Below the pieces are notes generated by a model. It had not been told where the DNA came from. It ran no database searches and saw nothing but the letters and a program-made list of their open reading frames with translations. Shown here in pieces: positions 41,201 to 55,480 of a DNA stretch of 64,000 nucleotides. The stretch lies in the NCBI RefSeq assembly GCF_009914755.1, contig NC_060925.1; one strand, 5' to 3'. Within the stretch, counting starts at the first letter, position 1; each line of letters begins with the position of its first letter. A program made the translations under genes and the position numbers. Source of the DNA: the human T2T-CHM13v2.0 reference genome, Homo sapiens.

Positions 41201-41499
41201 CCATTTAAACCTCTGCACAGTTCCGCCTCGCTCATCCCTGTATTTCCTCGTCCTCCTCACCCACACACACCCATGTTGTTCCAAGGATTGCCTCTCTGCT
41301 CCCGCTGTGCTCCAAGACCCCCCAGTCCTTCCAGCCTAGAGGAAGCCCTCCTCTTCCAGGGAGCCCTCCCTCATGTCTTCCTCTTTGGGAAGCCCTGCAG
41401 CAGGGAGAGACTGTGCCCGCAAATGTGTGGTTTCACTTCCTCTGTATTTCTTGCATGAGCCACCGGGCATGGTGGCTCATGTCTGTCACATCTCTCTAT

Positions 41500-41940
41500 T
41501 TCTTCAGCCCCCACCCTAGTCAAGCCACCCTTATCTGTCCCCTGGGAGACCCCCACCACGTCTCCTCATTCCATCTCAGCCACACGGGCCTCCTTCCTCT
41601 GTTTCCAACACACCAAGCTATTGCTGCCTCAGGATGTTTGCACCAACCGTTCCCTCTACCTGAAGCCCAAAGCCTCTGGCCTTTGTTCAGCAGTGTCATA
41701 ATTTGAGGTCTCAGCTCATAGTGCACCCCTAAGAGTAGCCGCCGCCCCAGTGGCTCCTTATCTCATCCCTCTGTTCACGTCTCCTGCAATCCACGATGAT
41801 CTGTTTGTTTCTTTCTTTGTCTCCCTCCCTTAAGGTGTGAGCCTCAAGGGCAGGGACCTTGTCTCTTTAGTTTGCTGCATATTCCCCGCACAGAGGAGGC
41901 ACTCAATAAATATTTGTTGAATAAATGAATAAATCAACTA
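41500..41940 (+). mobile_element. L2a 3' end
   Basis: 'gggcagggaccttgtct..ggcactcaataaatatttgttgaataaatgaat'. Confidence 0.85.
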
Positions 41941-42339
41941 GTCAATTGAACAATCAATCATGAAAGAGGGTTTTAATGTTTCGAAGAGGCTCTGGGTCCA
42001 GAGCCACCATGAACAGCCAGCACCAAAATCCCAGAGAGGTGACAGGGCCACTCTGGTCTCACTCAGTCAATCATATGGTCAGTCAACAAACTCTCACTGG
42101 GCTTGCTCATCCAGCAGGCACAAAGATGCAGCAAGAAATACGATGGGTGTCCACCCTGCCCCCTGAGCTCGGTGTCCAACAGAGATGTTGAATGGCAGCT
42201 GACAAAACCACTACTTCGACCCAGGTCCCACTTGGGCCAGGACTCTCCACCACCACTGCCCTGAGTCCAGCCTTGGCAAGACTCTGAGACCCGGGTCTAG
42301 GGAAGCCATTCATTGACTCAATTTCTGCTCACTGGGAAG

Positions 42340-42560
42340 CAGTAAAGTGATTAGCAGTGTGGACCTGGGTTCCAATCCTGTCTCTGCCACCTACTAAGAG
42401 CATGACTCTCTGCAATGTGTCTAGGCCTCTGGGCCTCAGTTTACCCATCTGCAAATGGGGACAGTAAAGGCATCTCCCCCATGGAGTTTCTCCAAGGAGA
42501 AGGGGTCAAGAAGGACCTACCGTGGTGCTGGGCACATATGTGAATGCTAGTCACCACTAC
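42340..42560 (+). mobile_element. MIR SINE
   Basis: 'ctgggttccaatcctgtctctgccacctact..gcctcagtttacccatctgcaaatgggg'. Confidence 0.8.
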
Positions 42561-42817
42561 TGAGCTGCCCGAAAGGAGCCAAACTGGGGCCCGGGGACAC
42601 AGAGTGGATTCAGACACTACTGCAGAACACTCCCGGACCACAAGGCCATGTGACAAGTGTAACAGGACAGAGTTGTGGGGAGCCTCAGGGAGCCGCAGGG
42701 CCTGGAACCCACCCTGGCAGCCAGAACAAGTTCCCAAGCCTATTAAGCTGGGTCAAATCACCCTGCCCACAATCCCATCTTGTTTTTGTTACTTAAAAAA
42801 AAAAAAAAAAAAAATTC

Positions 42818-43115
42818 TGGCCGTGTGCAGTGGTGCACACCTGTAACCTCAGTGCTTTGGAGGGCAGAGGCAGGAGGATTGCTTGAGGCCAAGAGTTGGA
42901 GACCAGACTGGGCAACACAGTGAGACCCTGTCTCTACAAAAAATTTTAAAAATTAGCTGAGCGTGGTGGCATATGCCTATAGTCCCAGCTACTCAGGAGG
43001 CTAAGGTGTGAGGATCACTTGAGTCCAGGAGTTGGAGGCTGCAGTGAGCCATGATTGTGCCACTGCACTCCAGCCTGGGCAACAGAGCAAGATCCGTCTC
43101 TTAAAAAAGAAAAAA
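42818..43115 (+). mobile_element. AluJ
   Basis: Dimer with J-type diagnostics. Confidence 0.93.
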
Positions 43116-44280
43116 TTGAAAACCGAAGCCAGGATGAGGGTGTTGTTGGCTCAGTCCCTCCCTGCCCATGTCCCCTCATCGGTTCTGAGGCCTCACCAGG
43201 TGGGCAGCAGCTGAGACCTGGGATCTCCTCTAGGAGCTGGAGGGGTCTCCTGGGTAGAGGGAAGGAGAGAAGAGAGAAGCCTCTGCTTAAATCCAGGACC
43301 TCTCGTCCTACCAGGGGAGCACACAGGTTTTCGCAGCCCAGCTGGCTCAGGAGGGGCTCTGTCCTCCAGAGCAGGGCTACCCGGGCCCAGCAGGGGCTGT
43401 CAAGGGGGAACCTCATTTTAAGCCACGGAGCCCTTTCTGCTCATGAAAAGGAGCCTGCAGGTCCCACAGACAGAACAGAGGACTAGAAGTCGGGAGGCAC
43501 CAGGCAGCCTTGCCTCCCCAGAAACTAACCAATCCACCAGCTCCCTGTGCAAATGGGGAAACTGAGCCCCAGGAGGCACGGGAGGGTGACTTACCCAAGG
43601 TCACACAGAGACAAGACTGGCACTCAAGTCCCCTCGCCCCCACGGACTCACTGCATAAGAGGGTAAAAACAGCACCAAGCTCTGGATGAAGGGGTTGGGA
43701 GTGAGTGACATCTGGCCAACCCGACCCCCAGCTCCGTCTTGCCTAGGGCAGCCCCCAGCCCAACCAGGGACCCAGCTCCTTGGGACGGATTCGCCCAGGC
43801 CTTGACTCTGCTGGCCCCCAGTGGCCATCTGTGTTGTTCTTCCAGCACCAGGTCCCTGACTGAGCTGACAGCTGGTCCAGGGGCTGAGCCCTGGAGTACG
43901 ACAAAAATATGCAGGAATGAGGGAGCGGGAAGCCGAGGTGAGAGGCCACAGAAACAAGCTTGGCCTCCTCCCCTAACTCCTCCCCACAAACACAAACCTG
44001 AAAGAGACGCTGGGGAGAAAGTGGAAGCCAGTCAGTGTGGGGTCAGGAGCACACCTCTGGGGGTCTTTGGACTCAGACTGAGGCTCCAGTCCCGGCTATG
44101 GTGGACGGTAAAAGGCAAGAAATTATCCTCAGCTGTCCTCCCACACCAAGGTGCCGTCTATTTCCGCGCCTCCCCCCCCACCCCCGAATCTGGCCTACCC
44201 TTGGTTTTGTTTGACAAGTAGAATGCAGCAGGAGTGGTGCTGTGTGAGTTTTAAGGCTGGGCCTTAGGAGACCTGCCTCA

Positions 44281-44583
<303 letters not shown>

Positions 44584-44629
44584 ATCCACATAATAAGCAC
44601 ACAGTAAACAAACAGGTCATTTTCACCAG

Positions 44630-44718
44630 GTCATCACTGTCACCACCACTGCCATCATCATCAACACTCTCATCGCCACCATCACCACCATAATCATCAT
44701 CACCATCATCACCAACAT
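44630..44718 (+). repeat. Degenerate (CAC/CAT)n trinucleotide repeat
   Basis: Read directly. Confidence 0.8.
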
Positions 44719-45712
44719 TATGCTTTGTGACCACAGAAAACTAGCTGAGCCTCTCTGGGCCCAGGAAAGTGGTGCCTTCCAAAGCGGGCAGGACCCTCAG
44801 CAGTGGAGATGAAATGTAGAAAGCTCTCTTCGCTCTCTCTTCAGCCCTCCCTTCAGCCCTCCCCCACAAGGACCAGCACAGACGAGTGAGTTTCCACCCC
44901 GTCTTCACTTCTGGGCAAAACTCCCTGAACATGTGGAAGACAGAGTCAGCTTTTTAGCATCTGGGGCTTCCTTCCCCCACATTTGAGCTCACCAGAGCCC
45001 ACCGGCCTCAGAAAGTTGTCCCTGATCCATTGCCCCCACTTGTCTTTCTGAGAAGGCCTGGACAAGGACAAAGACACATTTGAACAGCCCACATTCTCCA
45101 ATTATTGGTCTTTCACAAAAATCTCCTGAACCCCCACCCCCTGGGGCCATACACTGTGCTGGTTCCCGCACCTACACAAACAAGATGAGAACAACCTTTG
45201 GAATCAGACAGGCCTAGACCCAGGCAGACCCCTTTAATTCCTAGGCACATAAAGGTGGACAAGTCATTTAGCCTTTCTGTGCTCCGAATAACAGATAGAT
45301 GACTGAACACAGGAAGCCCTTCCAAAGCTCCTCCAAGACCTTCTCTGCACGCTCATCCCAGGGTACCAGTATCCAGGGCAGAGTCTGGTATGGACTGAAC
45401 AGTGGGGCTGCTCTTAGGCCTTCATGGACGCAGGTGTCCTGCCCTCCAGCTCCATGGCGAGTGGGCTGAGCATGATGTTCTCACCCACAGAGGGGACTCC
45501 CCCATTCTCTGGACCTTGCTTTTCTCTCTGTTCCCAGCTCTGAACCACTTCCAGCCTCTGGAGAAGGGTTGAGCTGTCAGTCAACAGCCCTTGGGATATG
45601 GGCCTGGCTAGGGCCTCTGCCGTGGCCTGGCTTTTCTTTATCACTGATGGCTTTGCCAGATGGTCACCTGCACAGGCCATTTGAAATACACAGGAACCTT
45701 TCATCATGGACA

Positions 45713-45941
45713 ACTTGAGGCCAGGAGTTTGAGACCAGCCTGGCCAACATGGTGAAACCCCGTCTCTACTAAAAATACAAAAATCAGTAGGGCATGCTGC
45801 CACAGGCCTGTCATCCCAGCTACTCAGGAGGTGGGAGAATCACTTGAGCCTGGGAGGCAGAGGCTGCAGTGAGCTCAGATCATGCCACTGCAGTCCGGGC
45901 TGGGAGACAGAGTGAGACTCCATCAAAACAAAAACAAAAAC
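45713..45941 (+). mobile_element. 5'-truncated AluS
   Basis: Begins 'acttgaggccaggagtttgagacc'; (CAAAAA)n tail. Confidence 0.9.
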
Positions 45942-46560
45942 AGAACCTCTCAGGATTTGTAATGACAGCTGCTACCACATCTCAAATGCCTAGATGTCCC
46001 AGGCAGAACTCTGGGACCTTTCCATATGTGCCGTCAGCAAACATTTATTGAGCACCTACTATATGCCAGGTGTTTTTCTGGGCACTTGGGAGATAGTAGT
46101 GACAAACACAAAGCTCCATGACTGTGCAGAGCTGATTTTTCTCTCAGGGAAAGAAAGAAAATTAAATCATAATAAATAAGTAAATTATGTAATAGGTGGT
46201 AAGGGCAATAGAAAAAGACAAACTGCATGGGGAAAAGGGATTGATCCTGCTGAGAGAATCTCAGTTTTCATCAGGTGCTCAGAGTGGACCCCACTGAGAG
46301 ATGATTTTGAGCAAAGACCTAAAGGAGGTAAGGGGATGAGCCAAGCAGGCATGTGAGGAAGGTTTAGCCTGTGGAAAGACCCTGGGGCAGGAAGAGGCTG
46401 TCCCGTTCCAGAACAGCGAGAAGGCCAGAGGGGCTGGAACAAAGTGGAAGTAGCAGGAGACGAGGCCCAGAAAAACTCTGGCTTTACTCTGGGGCTTGCT
46501 GCAGAGTGCTGAGCAGAGGGACAACAGGATCTGACTCATATTTTTCAATGCTCTCTCTGA

Positions 46561-47146
<586 letters not shown>

Positions 47147-47317
47147 TTTAAATAACTTCCTCTGGCTGCTGCGTGGAGACTTGTAGGGGGCAGGGATGGG
47201 AGCAGTGAGGAGGCTGCCTAGAGTCCAGGTGTGAGAGGATGATAACTCAGAGCAGGGTGGCCCAGTGGAGGCGGGTAGAAGAGATCAGAGCCAGGATGTA
47301 TTCTGAAGGTAGGGCCC

Positions 47318-47690
47318 TGTATTAGTCCGTTCTCAGGCTGCTATGAAGGACTGCCCGAGACTGGGTAATTTATAAAGGAAAGAAGTTTAATTAACTCACA
47401 GTTCCGCAGGGCTGGGGAGGCCTCAGAAAACTTACAATCATGGCAGAAGAAGAAGCAAACACATCCTTCCTTACATGGCAACAGGAAGGAGAAGTGCTGA
47501 GTAAAGGGGGAAAGGCCCTTTATAAAACCATCAGATCTCGTGAGAACTCACTCACTACCACGAGAACGGCATGGGGTAACCGCCCCCATGATTCATTTAC
47601 CTCCTACCAGGCCCCTCCCATGACAAGTGAGGATTATGGGAACTACAATTCAAGATGAGATTTGGGTGGGGACACAGCCAAACCATATCA
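47318..47690 (-). mobile_element. THE1 (THE1C-like) solo LTR
   Basis: 'tgtattagtccgttctc..gatgagatttgggtggggacacagccaaaccatatca'; 5-bp TSD ggccc/ggcac. Confidence 0.93.
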
Positions 47691-47779
47691 GGCACCAACC
47701 AGGACTCCCTGATGGACTGGATGTGACTTTATTTCAGCTTCCTGGCCCCTCTGAGAGGTGGGCATGATTATTCCCATTG

Positions 47780-48110
47780 TATTTTATTTTATTTTATTTT
47801 TATTTTTATTTTTATTTTTATTTTTTCTGAGACAGGGTCTCACTCTGTTGCCCAGGCTGGAGTGCAGTGGTGCAGTATCAGCTCACTGAAACCTCCACCT
47901 CCTGGGCTCAAGTGATCCTCCCACCTCAGCCTCCCGAGTAGCTGGGGCTACAGGCACATGCCACCACACCTGGCTAAGTTTTGTAATTTTTGTAGAGTTG
48001 GGGTTTTTCCATGTTGCCCAGGCTGGTCTCAAACTCCTGGGTTCAAGCAATCTGCTCACCTCAGCCTCCCAAAGTGTTGGGATTACAGGTGTGAGCCACC
48101 ACACCCAGCC
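47780..48110 (-). mobile_element. AluJ inserted in a MIR
   Basis: Reverse dimer; TSD 'tattcccatt' on both sides. Confidence 0.93.
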
Positions 48111-49089
48111 TATTCCCATTTTAGAGTTGAGTCAACTGAGGCTGAGAACTTGTCTTTCTCCTCCCACTGGCTCAGGGGCATGGCAGCCAGGCAGAGCTCT
48201 GCCATGAGTAGCACCGCTGGCTTCCAAAAGCCGCCAGAGACAAGCCTGGGGCCTCAGGCAGGGGCAGTCAGGGGCCAACACCTGCCTGCCCAGCACCCCA
48301 TAAAACCAGCTGGAGCATGAATTGATGGTCCATTAACAGCCTGGAGCTCAGAGCAGCCGTGTCCTCAGCAGTTTATAAACTCATAAAACGCCATGGTCAT
48401 GGCCACACATCCCTGCCTCCTTTAGCCGACGATGAATGGGCTTTCCTGGGGGAAGAGGTACTGGGCTGCTGGGGTGTCCCTGAGCTCGGGCATAACAGGA
48501 CTCCTGTGCCCCTCCCCATCTCCTCACTAGGAGTCTGCCCAGGACCAGGCACCCACTTCCCATGGCTGCCTCATGGCTCTGTCCCCACTGTCCTCACTCT
48601 TTAAGGAAGCCCCCTGGGGCAGGGGGTATAGTAAAGGATGAAGGAAGTTTATATCTGATGGGAATGTACTGTGTGCCTGACACAACCTTTAGTCATCACA
48701 GCATCCCCACAAGGTCAGTGGCACGGCCCCCATCTTAAAAGTGGACAAACTAAAGCCCACGGGACTGGAAGGACTCACTCAAGGTCACCTGGCTGGTAAG
48801 ATCAGAGCCCCGGGAGTCTGGCTCCTGAGTTGATCCCCTAAACCCCCACCCTCTGAGGCCACGTGAGTGCCCCAGCCCTCAGTGTGTGGTTCCTGGTTTG
48901 CACAGATGGATAAATGGCATCACGTGGGCACCAATAGGTGTGTGCCAATGTGTGCCATCCAGATGGGATCCTGCCCTGATCCCTGGCATGACTCTGGCAC
49001 GTGTATCCTGGGGACACACTGCCATCTGGACAGAACCCAGGGGCACCACCTGTGCTCCCTCCACCATCTCTCCTTCACCATTCATTCGA

Positions 49090-49330
49090 CAAAATTCACT
49101 GCGTATCCTGACGTTAGGGAATGCTCTCTGCATCAGGCTCGGTTCCAAGCTCGTATCAATTCACCTGACCCACCCACCGTTTGATGAGATGTGTATTCTT
49201 TTTCCTGATGTGCAAGTGAGGGATGTGAGGCACAGAAAAGTTAAGCAACTTGCCCAAGGTCACACAGCTGTTTAATGGCAGAACCAGGCTTTGAACTCAC
49301 GTGTATCCAACCAGAACCCACTACACCTTC
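49090..49330 (-). mobile_element. MIR SINE
   Basis: 'gaggcacagaaaagttaagcaacttgcccaaggtcacacagct'. Confidence 0.8.
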
Positions 49331-49657
49331 TGGCTTGGTCTAGCTGGCTTTCCCCTGAGGGTCCCCACTCACTGCAGGGCAGGGGGTCTCTGTGTCCAGG
49401 CTCCATCTTTCAGCCCCTGTGGAAGAGCGACCAGGCATATCTGCTGTGGCTGGAGAAGAGGCTGGGCAGGTGCCCACCTCCACTCCCAAGCTCTGGTAAG
49501 GCTTCTGTTCCTGCTCCTGGGCCACCTCCAGCGAAGCAGTGTAGCTCCCTCTCCTCAAGAGCTCACCCCAAGGTCCCTGGAGGGATGTCCTGAGGGGCGC
49601 AGGCATCCAGGGTACCGGAAGGCGCGATCCGGCCCACACCTGCGTCTGGTGGGACGC

Positions 49658-49675
49658 TGGCGCCACCTCGCGTCC
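49658..49675 (-). promoter_or_regulatory. Candidate CTCF motif in a small CpG cluster
   Basis: Minus strand reads GGACGCGAGGTGGCGCCA; dense CpGs at 49597-49697. Confidence 0.45.
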
Positions 49676-49727
49676 TTCCGCAGCCCTGCAGCCCTCCGCC
49701 CAAGAGCTCTTTGGACAGGGCTGGGCC

Positions 49728-49803
49728 TTGCACCCCAAAAACCTCAGGCCCTCCCGTGCCATCTTCATTTTGTTGTCACGACAGCACACAAAACCACCTG
49801 AAC

Positions 49804-49855
<52 letters not shown>

Positions 49856-50345
49856 TTGAGACAAAGTCTCACCCTGTCACCCAGGCTGGAGTGCAGTGGC
49901 GCGATCTTGTCTCACTGTAACCTCCACCCCCTGGATTCAAGCGATTCTCTGCCTCACCCTCCCGAGTAGCTGGGATTACAGGCTCATGTCACCACGCCTG
50001 GCTAATTTTAGTGTTTTTAGTAGAGATGGGGGTTTCACCATGTTGGTCAGGCTGGTCTCAAACTTCTGACCTCAAGTTATCTGCCTGCCTCGGACTCCCA
50101 AACTGATGGGATTACAGGCACGAGCCACCACACCTGGCCTGAACTATTATTTACTCGGTATATTTTTCTTTAAATCAACTCACTTGTTTTAGCTAGCCTC
50201 ATCCTGGGCAATAATGTCTGCAAAATCCCAAGTATGATGTGCTGGTCGCATTTTGTCCTGCTACCAATAAACACTAAGTATATACCTTCAAAAATTGTAT
50301 TCATGTGCCACGTAAAATCGCTTCTCCACTACACTTTAGGCAACA
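49728..50345 (+). mobile_element. hAT-Charlie (Charlie4-like) relic interrupted by Alu
   Basis: 'accacctgaactattatttact..tttttctttaaatcaactcact..gtgccacgtaaaatc..cactttaggcaac'. Confidence 0.5.
49804..50139 (-). mobile_element. AluS with (TAA)~17 tail
   Basis: Reverse dimer; TSD 'cctgaactattatt'. Confidence 0.95.
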
Positions 50346-52499
50346 AGCTCATTCATGAGTGTGTTCCCTCTTCCTTGGGTGAGTTTACAGAGGCTGAGAG
50401 CCTTCTTTATGGAAAGAGAGAGGCAGACGCCACCCCTGTCCTCACCCAACTTGCAGCCCAGTAGTGGTGCCAGATATTAATCAAAGAATCACAAAAATAA
50501 ATATACAATGATGACTCATCAATGCTATTGAATTATAAAGCTGATTTCCTATTAGGAAGTAAAGACCACTGGATGAGCCCACGATAAGGGGACTTGACCT
50601 GGATGGGGAAGTCAGGGAGGGCTTCCTGAAGGAGGTGGTGCTTGAGCTGAGAGCTGAAGGAAGAGCAAAACATTAACTAGGTGAAGAGGGAAGGAAAGTG
50701 TTCTGGGCTGAAGAACCAGCATTTCCGAGAACCCCAGGGCAGAAGGGAGCCCTTCCCATGAGTTCCTGGCCTTCGAACTTGGCTTCCTGCCTGTGGCCAG
50801 TGTGGGCATTCTGCCTGTGTGGCCTCCTTCCTTTGCCTTCCTTGCCTCAGCTCCAGCCTAACCCACCCACCCATATCCCCAGCACGACCAGGTTCTTTGG
50901 GTCTATTTCCTTTTTACTCTTGTAACTTTGCGGTTTTGCCATCAAGAACCCCATTTTTATATCAAGAAAATCGAATTTGGGGGATTTCCAGTTATTTTTC
51001 CAAAGTCACACAGCTTGGCAGAGCCAGGATTTGCACCCAGGCCCGGTGGCTGTGCTCTCCTGCTACATTCAGCCATCTCTCAGCAGAGTCCCAACTCTCA
51101 TCTCCATGGACTTAGAACCGGGAGATCTGGGAGCACAGCCTGTCTTAGCACTAGCTTGCTGGGCAACTTTGGGCAGGTCACTGCACCTCTCTGAATCTTG
51201 GTCTCCTCGTCTGTAAAATAAGAATGCTGCACAATAATGGTATTAATAGCTAACATGTATTGCTCCTCATATCCACGCTTTAAAGTAGACACTGGAGTTA
51301 TCCCCACTTTACAGATGTGGAAACAAGCTCTGAGAGGTTTAGCAATTTGTCCAAAGCCACAATGCTGGTAAGTAGCAAAGCAGCCTGGAACTATCTCCAA
51401 TGTGCTTTCCAGTAACAATGCTCCCAATCTGACTGTCCCAAGGTTGTCCCTGGAATGTGAATCCACATCTGGCCTCAGTCACGGGATTCCAAGGCTGTCC
51501 ATTTTAGTCTACTCCCGCTGTCTGTGGGTGTGAGACTTTTCTGTCCAAAGAAGTAGGGGCCCAGGCGCTGCCTGCCTGGCACTGCCCAGCCCATGGTGAG
51601 CTGAGCTGGGTCCCTGGGGTTCTGGCTCAACCCATCCCTGCAACCCAGGCCACCCACTTAGCCGCCTTTACAGAGATGCATTGACCCATTTAGACACTCT
51701 CCGGGGAGCCATTGCTCTTTCAGAGTGACATCATTCTTCTGGCCTCAGGTCAATACACAGATTTGTTCCTGGCATCAGAAAACATTTAATAGCTGGCTCC
51801 ATGGCCCTCTGTCAAAGCCGCCTCCACTCCCAGCCATGGCCCAGGCTCCTCTGGGAGCCTTGGGAGCCCTGGGCTGACCCACTCTGGCCAAAAGCTGGCC
51901 TGCAGAGAGGGGCGGAGCCAGGGTGTGGGTGTGGTTCTGGCCAGGTCTCCCCTGGGGTCCAGGGTGATGGTACAGCACAAGCTCTGCACATGCTGTCAGG
52001 AGCAGGGTTTGCAAGCCTCTGGGCCAATCTTTGATGCGATACGCTGGCCTGGCCCCTTCCCTTCAAGAGCCTCCAGTCTGATGGAAGAGACCCAGCCTCT
52101 GCCTTCAGGGATCCCCAGGTCAAATGGGGGAAGCCAAGCTTCTGCTTTTGGAGGCTTCAGTCTCAGAAGGAAGAGTGACACCAAGATGAAAACAGCATTA
52201 AAACAAAGCCACAAAGAGACAAAGGCAAATCAATGCCCAGAAAATGAAGTCTGGCCCATGTGCAGGAAGGGTTTGACAAGGGTTTGGAGTTTATCATGAC
52301 TGGCTGCATGGAGGAGGCAAACATTACAGTACATTTAAAGCAAAGAAAATTATGGACAGACTGAAAGTATGAGAGTGAGCAATTTGAGGAAGGAAAGCCC
52401 GTGCAAAAGTTCAAAACGGAACAAACTGCAGCTTGTACAAAGGTGGGTAGTTGAGCAGTTGAGAGATAGATCTTAGACTGTCCAAGAAGAGCCGAGGTT

Positions 52500-52700
52500 T
52501 TACTGAGTATATACTATGTGCCGGCTCTGTTCTAAGGGCTCCACCTGTATCATTTCATCAGGTCTTCACAGCAACCCTATGTGCCAGCTGCTACCATGTT
52601 ATCATCCCCATGTCCAAATGAGGGCACTGAAGCACAGAGAGGTTAAGTAACTTGCCCAAGGTCACACAGCTGGTAAGTGGCGAAGCTGGGAAGGTCCTAA
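52500..52700 (-). mobile_element. MIR SINE
   Basis: 'gcacagagaggttaagtaacttgcccaaggtcacacagctggtaagtggc'. Confidence 0.9.
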
Positions 52701-53235
52701 GTCATGGCCCAATCCAATATCTCTGTATTACAAATAGCAGCTAAGGCTCAGAGAGGGGTGACACAACTTGCTCAGCATCACACAGTGAGAGGCAGGGCCA
52801 GAATGGGAGCTGAGGTTATAGCGCCCTGGAATGGAAGGCTAGGAGGGATCTTCAGAAGGCACTGAGATCAACCTTCTGTAGATCTGACTGATCCACTGGG
52901 GGTAGGGGGTGTAGCAAGAGCAATGTGGAAAGGTTGTTGCCATAGGGAGAGAAATGGCAGCATCAACGCGGAAGGAAGTCTTAGATCCTGCAGCACCATC
53001 TGCTGGAACCTAAAAATAGCCTGACATTCCATCTGTAACAGGCAAAAGGTTTAACAGATGCTGCGCCAAGGAGAATATGTGGATGGCAAGTAAGCACATG
53101 AAAAGATGCTCAACCTCATTAGTCATTAGAGAAATGCCAGTCACAAACACAGTGAGATGCCAAGTGTTGGCACGGAAACAGGACTCTTCTTCTGGGAATG
53201 AAAAATGGTACAACCACTTCAGAAGAGTGTGGTGA

Positions 53236-53571
<336 letters not shown>

Positions 53572-54091
53572 TTAAACTTACACCTACCACATAATTCACC
53601 CATTCGGTTCCTAGATGTTTACCCAAGAGAAAAGAAAGCATGTGTCCACACAAACACTTGTGCACGTGTGTTCCTCAAAGCTTGATTGGAAGTAACCAAA
53701 AACTGGAAATAACCCAAACGTCCATCAGCAGGTGAATGGCCAAACTGTGGTACGTCCACACAGCAGAACACTATTTAGCAACAAAAAGGAAGGAACTAGG
53801 AATACACATGGCAACGTGGATGAATTTCAAGATAATTGTGCTGAAGAAAGAAGCCAGACCAAAATGAATCCATACGGTATGATTCCATTTATATAAAACT
53901 CTAGAAAATGCAAACTAATCTGTAGTGACAGAAAGCAGGTCAGTGGTTGCAGGGAGTGGGGGTGGGGGGAAGCTGGGAGAAGGCAGGGTTACACAGGTAC
54001 ACAGGGAAGCTTTTGAGGATGATGAATACATTCCTTACCTTGATTTTGGGTATGGTTTCGATAATGTACGCATATATCAAAACTATCACAT

Positions 54092-54452
<361 letters not shown>

Positions 54453-55064
54453 TTACATCTTGATAAAGCTGTTTCAAGAAATGGCCGAGTATTAAGCAGC
54501 CCAGAGGCCCCGGGAGAATTCCCTGAATTAGAGTGGTTCACCTCTAGCTCAGGTGAGGTCAGCCTGAGGTTCTAGTTCAGGTGTCCGAGGGAGGCACCTG
54601 GACACCCTCAAAGGCCCTCCAGGCCCTACGTAACCCCACCCTCCCCTTCAAAGCCCAAGATTTCAGAAGGTTTAGATGTTGATTAGTCCAACTCCTATGG
54701 TATAAAAGGGGAAACTGAGGCCCTACCCACTACACCACTGCTGTACCTGTACTCAGCCTGGTGGAAAGTGCATCCCACAGAGCATCCTGCCTGGCCAGGT
54801 CATAGCCATGGTCATGGATGGCCTAGAGCCAGGCACGGGCCTGGTTCAGCCCCACTCAACACCCTTTATAGCTTTATGTGCAGAGCTCAACACATTGAGC
54901 AGGGAGGGCTCGTGCAGCAGAAAGAAGACTTCAGAGTCAGATAGATCTGGGTTCAAACTCTGGCTCAGCCTCTTCCTGGGTCTGTGACCTTGCACAAATC
55001 ACACAATCGCTCTCTCCTTGGGTCCCTCATGCATGAATGGGGATGAGAACACCCACCAGATGCT

Positions 55065-55480
55065 TTCTCAGGATGCTTTCCATTACTAGTAACAGACAAC
55101 CCGACTCAATCAGACTGAAACCATGAAGAGACTCCACTGGCTCACAGAACCGTGAAGCCCAGCTTTAGGTCCAGTCTGGCAAGGATTGGTCCAGCAGCAG
55201 CTCAGCAATGCCAGCAAGAAACGGCTTTCTTTCTGTTTTTGTTCTCTGCCTTTTGAAGTGTGGGCATTTCCCTAAAGCTGGCCACCCACCTGATCCCAAG
55301 AATGCAGCCAGCAGTTCCTGGGCTATAGGTGTCCTCATTTATACCCTGCAGAAATGAGAAGACATCTTTGTCTTTGCATCCCCAGAACAAGTGGTTGAAC
55401 TGTTAGCAACCTCTAATGGGCACCGCCATTACCCAGACAGGTATGGACATGAAGTGCCTGTATCCCATGGGGACTAAAAG
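55065..55480 (-). mobile_element. Old MaLR LTR (MLT1J/K-like)
   Basis: 'agtaacagacaacccgactcaa..ctggctcacagaac..cccaagaatgcagccagcag'. Confidence 0.55.
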
